Program-made: the position numbers and the translations under genes
The notes under the pieces: model-generated
Database searches by the model: none
The model's input: only the letters and a program-made list of their open reading frames with translations
Told to the model about the DNA's origin: nothing
NCBI RefSeq assembly: GCF_036588685.1
Contig: NC_086374.1
Coordinates: forward strand, 46,252,001 to 46,316,000
DNA length: 64,000 bases
Source of the DNA: Mytilus trossulus
Lineage: Eukaryota
Reading direction: 5' to 3'
Shown here: positions 61,701 through 64,000 of the stretch, in pieces
How the letters are laid out: every line of letters begins with the position of its first letter
How positions within the stretch are numbered: the stretch's first letter is position 1

Positions 61701-63864
61701 TTAAAATTGACATGATTTTTGCCTGTTTATTTCTTATTAAAAATCAAACAAATGTAGTTTTATCTTAATTTTTTCCATTATCTGTGTTGACAATTACCTT
61801 TAAACCAACAACTGAAGTGTTCATAACGAAATATTCATGCCTTAAAAAACTGCAATAAAAATGTGTGCATGTTTAATTTACTTTTGTAAAAACATTCTTA
61901 ACATTTTTTTCATGTAGGTTTTACAGACAATATATAATACATACACTATAACTTTTTTCACCAATTTCATCTCTGCTTCTGTGTATAAGTCTACCATTTA
62001 CATACAGCATATTAGCTGCATCATCACTGTCCAGTCTCAATATACGATACTTGTACTGTGCAAGACTCTTCATTTGCTGAAATAAAATGTGATCAGGTTT
62101 CTCCATTAACATCATTTTAATCTAATCTTAATTATATATTGAATAATACATATCTATAAGGCTTAAATCTACTTCTTGTACGTTTATACTAGTTGGTCTC
62201 CCAAAGTCGTAATTAACAACCTTTGTGTAAAATTTTAAATGCATGTACATATACAAACCAGGGGCTGATCGAGCAGCTTTTATATCTAATATTGGCCACT
62301 GGAGAAAAAAAGAACACTGACTCTCGACAAGGGGTCTTTACCATCAGGCATGTTTAAAATAAGAAAGTGAAAATCGTCTCAACAATTTAAAGGAAGGGAA
62401 TTTTTTTTACATATATGTCTAAATATAGTTGACTCCACTTAATTACATACCGCTTAGTAGTAAATAACTCAAGTTCAAGAAAGAAAAAAATATATACCTT
62501 AAATGTTAGAAGAGCTTCTTCACTACTTCCAACAGCAATTATATCCCATCCTGCCATGCTGAGCATAGATTTGAGTCTTCTAGATCCTGGTACATTTATA
62601 GGTGTCACATTGTATTCTGGGAAGGCATCAACTACAGCCTGAGCACCCTTTTCATTGGTCCTTCTACCAGTTCCAATACCAACAAATATCTCTTTTCCTG
62701 AAATATAATATTATTTTTTTTACTTTCGGACTCAAAAGCAGAAAGCAGACATTTTTTTTTACAGATTTGATATGCTTGCATAAACTGGGACAAAAAATTT
62801 GGATGTATTCATAACACATCAATAAAGAAAATTCCAATATATTGCTTAATCATGTTAATGAAACATCTATAAACATTTCTGATATACAAATGTACATGTA
62901 CAGCCAGTACAGGTGTACCTTTTCTTGATTAAATAATGTCAGTAACCCATACCTGTAAATAATACATCTCCTCCTTCCACAATCGCATCAGGATCTCTAA
63001 TCTCCACAATGGTCATTTTCATCTGACTCTGTAAATATCGTCTGATTTCACTAACCTGCAAGTATATTTTAAACATGTCAATGTAGCAGGTAAAATTGAG
63101 GGGGGGAGGGGGTATAGCAAGGTATAACCATTTGTGTAAATTCATTGGCTTACTGGTTTCTTGATGCAGTAGGGTAAAACTGTTTAGGTGTTTAGAATTG
63201 ATGAACACCTTAACAACTTATTATCTTCTTCTTCTTCCGTTTATTTTACATGTTTTAAAGCTAACTAAAATGCTATCAAAAAATAATTAACACAAAAACT
63301 TTAAAAAGGGAACAGACATAAAAGAGTATGAACAAGAATTGGAGTGAAAGTGATCTTGGGCGAACAGACCCGTATTCAGTCAACAGGGGCAAATTTTAGA
63401 GCCCTTAATACCTACTTTATAAGCCTCTGTGGACTAATCAATTATTGTCAACAGGTGCTCTCTTTCCTGATGAGTTCAAGCTAGAATTGGTACCTTTGAT
63501 CAAGCATACAGAATTTGTCACGCCCTGTTATGACTTTTAATAGGTTTTATACTAGGCTTTGGCTTACCTCTCCTTGTCTAGTTTTACTTCCAGGTCTTGT
63601 TATCAGGGCCGTATTACCAATAGCTACAACACAGTCGTCAACAAATGGACATTCTGGGTATTCTTCTGTCCCATCAAGCTCAATTGTTCTCACATCACAT
63701 TTTTTTAGAGTCTCCACAAGATCTTTGTGCTCTTTACGCGCTTTTTCCATGTCAACCTCTGCCTTGGGATCAAATTTTCTTGCACTATTCTGAAAACTGT
63801 CAGGAATTCTTACCAAGATGGCAAAATTGTATTCAAACGCGTTACATTCATATCTGTTAGACAT
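58787..63864 (-). CDS. DDAH: Dimethylarginine dimethylaminohydrolase (DDAH)-like pentein-fold protein; exons 63864-63568, 63055-62953, 62697-62498, 62076-61945, 58966-58787 (303 aa)
   Basis: GT-AG introns with phases 0,1,0,0. DDAH motifs: VDMEKARKEH, EYPECPFVDDCVV, ALITRPG..TRQGEV, EGGDVLFTGKEIFVG, RTNEKGA, LKSMLSMAG, DDAANMLYVNG, EISKTGGYLSS. Catalytic His and Cys positions are substituted (see findings). Confidence 0.9.
59894..60342. mobile_element. MITE with ~19-bp TIR and 4-bp TSD TGAT, between the two alternative DDAH last exons
   Basis: GGTCTGAGTACACAGTTAT / ATAACTGTGTACTCCGACC. TGAT at 59890-59893 and 60343-60346. Confidence 0.7.
60601..60747 (-). CDS. DDAH: Alternative last coding exon of the DDAH-like gene (isoform of 292 aa)
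   Basis: Acceptor TTTTTCCATACAG in phase 0. Open frame AIQDNLDHNGLHHEVTCQELTKSGGNLIRSVLLVLGNTLYRKIISTLP*, homologous to the distal last exon (ILDEKITYAKHKVGFWEISKTGGYLSSAVLLI...). Confidence 0.75.
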   Translation of the reverse strand, partial: AIQDNLDHNGLHHEVTCQELTKSGGNLIRSVLLVLGNTLYRKIISTLP

Positions 63865-63916
63865 TCTTGCTACTTTCACTGACAGTGGTTCAGTGCTTGA
63901 TTTTGTTGTTTCCACT

Positions 63917-63948
63917 CGGAAGTGATTGGACTTCCGGTTGTGACGTCA
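63917..63948 (-). promoter_or_regulatory. Proximal promoter motif cluster of the DDAH-like gene: two ETS sites, a CCAAT box and a full CRE
   Basis: CGGAAGT 63917-63923, ATTGG 63925-63929, ACTTCCGG 63930-63937 and TGACGTCA 63941-63948, 50-85 bp upstream of the ATG. Motif match only. Confidence 0.5.
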
Positions 63949-64000
63949 TGTTTGTAAACTTTTGAAGTTGCCGGCGGCAGGTGCTTGTCAATAAAATATT

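Noticed and set aside
63865-63915. N-terminal extension METTKSS... of the DDAH ORF
   Set aside because: It begins at GTG, next to the promoter motifs. The first ATG at 63864 fits DDAH homology.

Overview
This is AT-rich, intron-containing animal genomic DNA. The repeat families suggest a mytilid bivalve (inference). Most ORFs in the ORF track are spurious; the real genes are spliced. I reconstructed six protein-coding genes by hand from GT-AG sites and reading-frame continuity: (1) an 8-exon arylsulfatase B gene (minus, 15040-4535, 499 aa), with a frameshifted orphan exon of a paralogue downstream at 1283-1468; (2) a 2-exon nucleotide-diphospho-sugar transferase gene (GT77/PF03407-like; plus, 18376-19930); (3) a single-exon 181-aa protein of unknown function (26489-27034); (4-5) two tandem 3-exon genes for secreted 10-Cys beta-microseminoprotein-like proteins (minus, 37148-35163 and 45537-43074); (6) a DDAH-fold gene (minus, 63864-58787). 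Main points of interest: the DDAH homologue lacks the catalytic His and Cys and has two duplicated alternative last exons that exchange the nucleophile-bearing segment. Both microseminoprotein-like genes carry an inverted copy of their own exon 3 inside intron 1. The window has many minimal type-I hammerhead ribozymes in three covarying subfamilies (retrozymes, including a tandem pair with a ~353-nt monomer) and a Penelope-like RT fragment. It also has heavily nested Helentron/MITE insertions, including a ~5.2-kb Helentron-like element that splits a MITE. I saw no rRNA, bona fide tRNA or CRISPR array.
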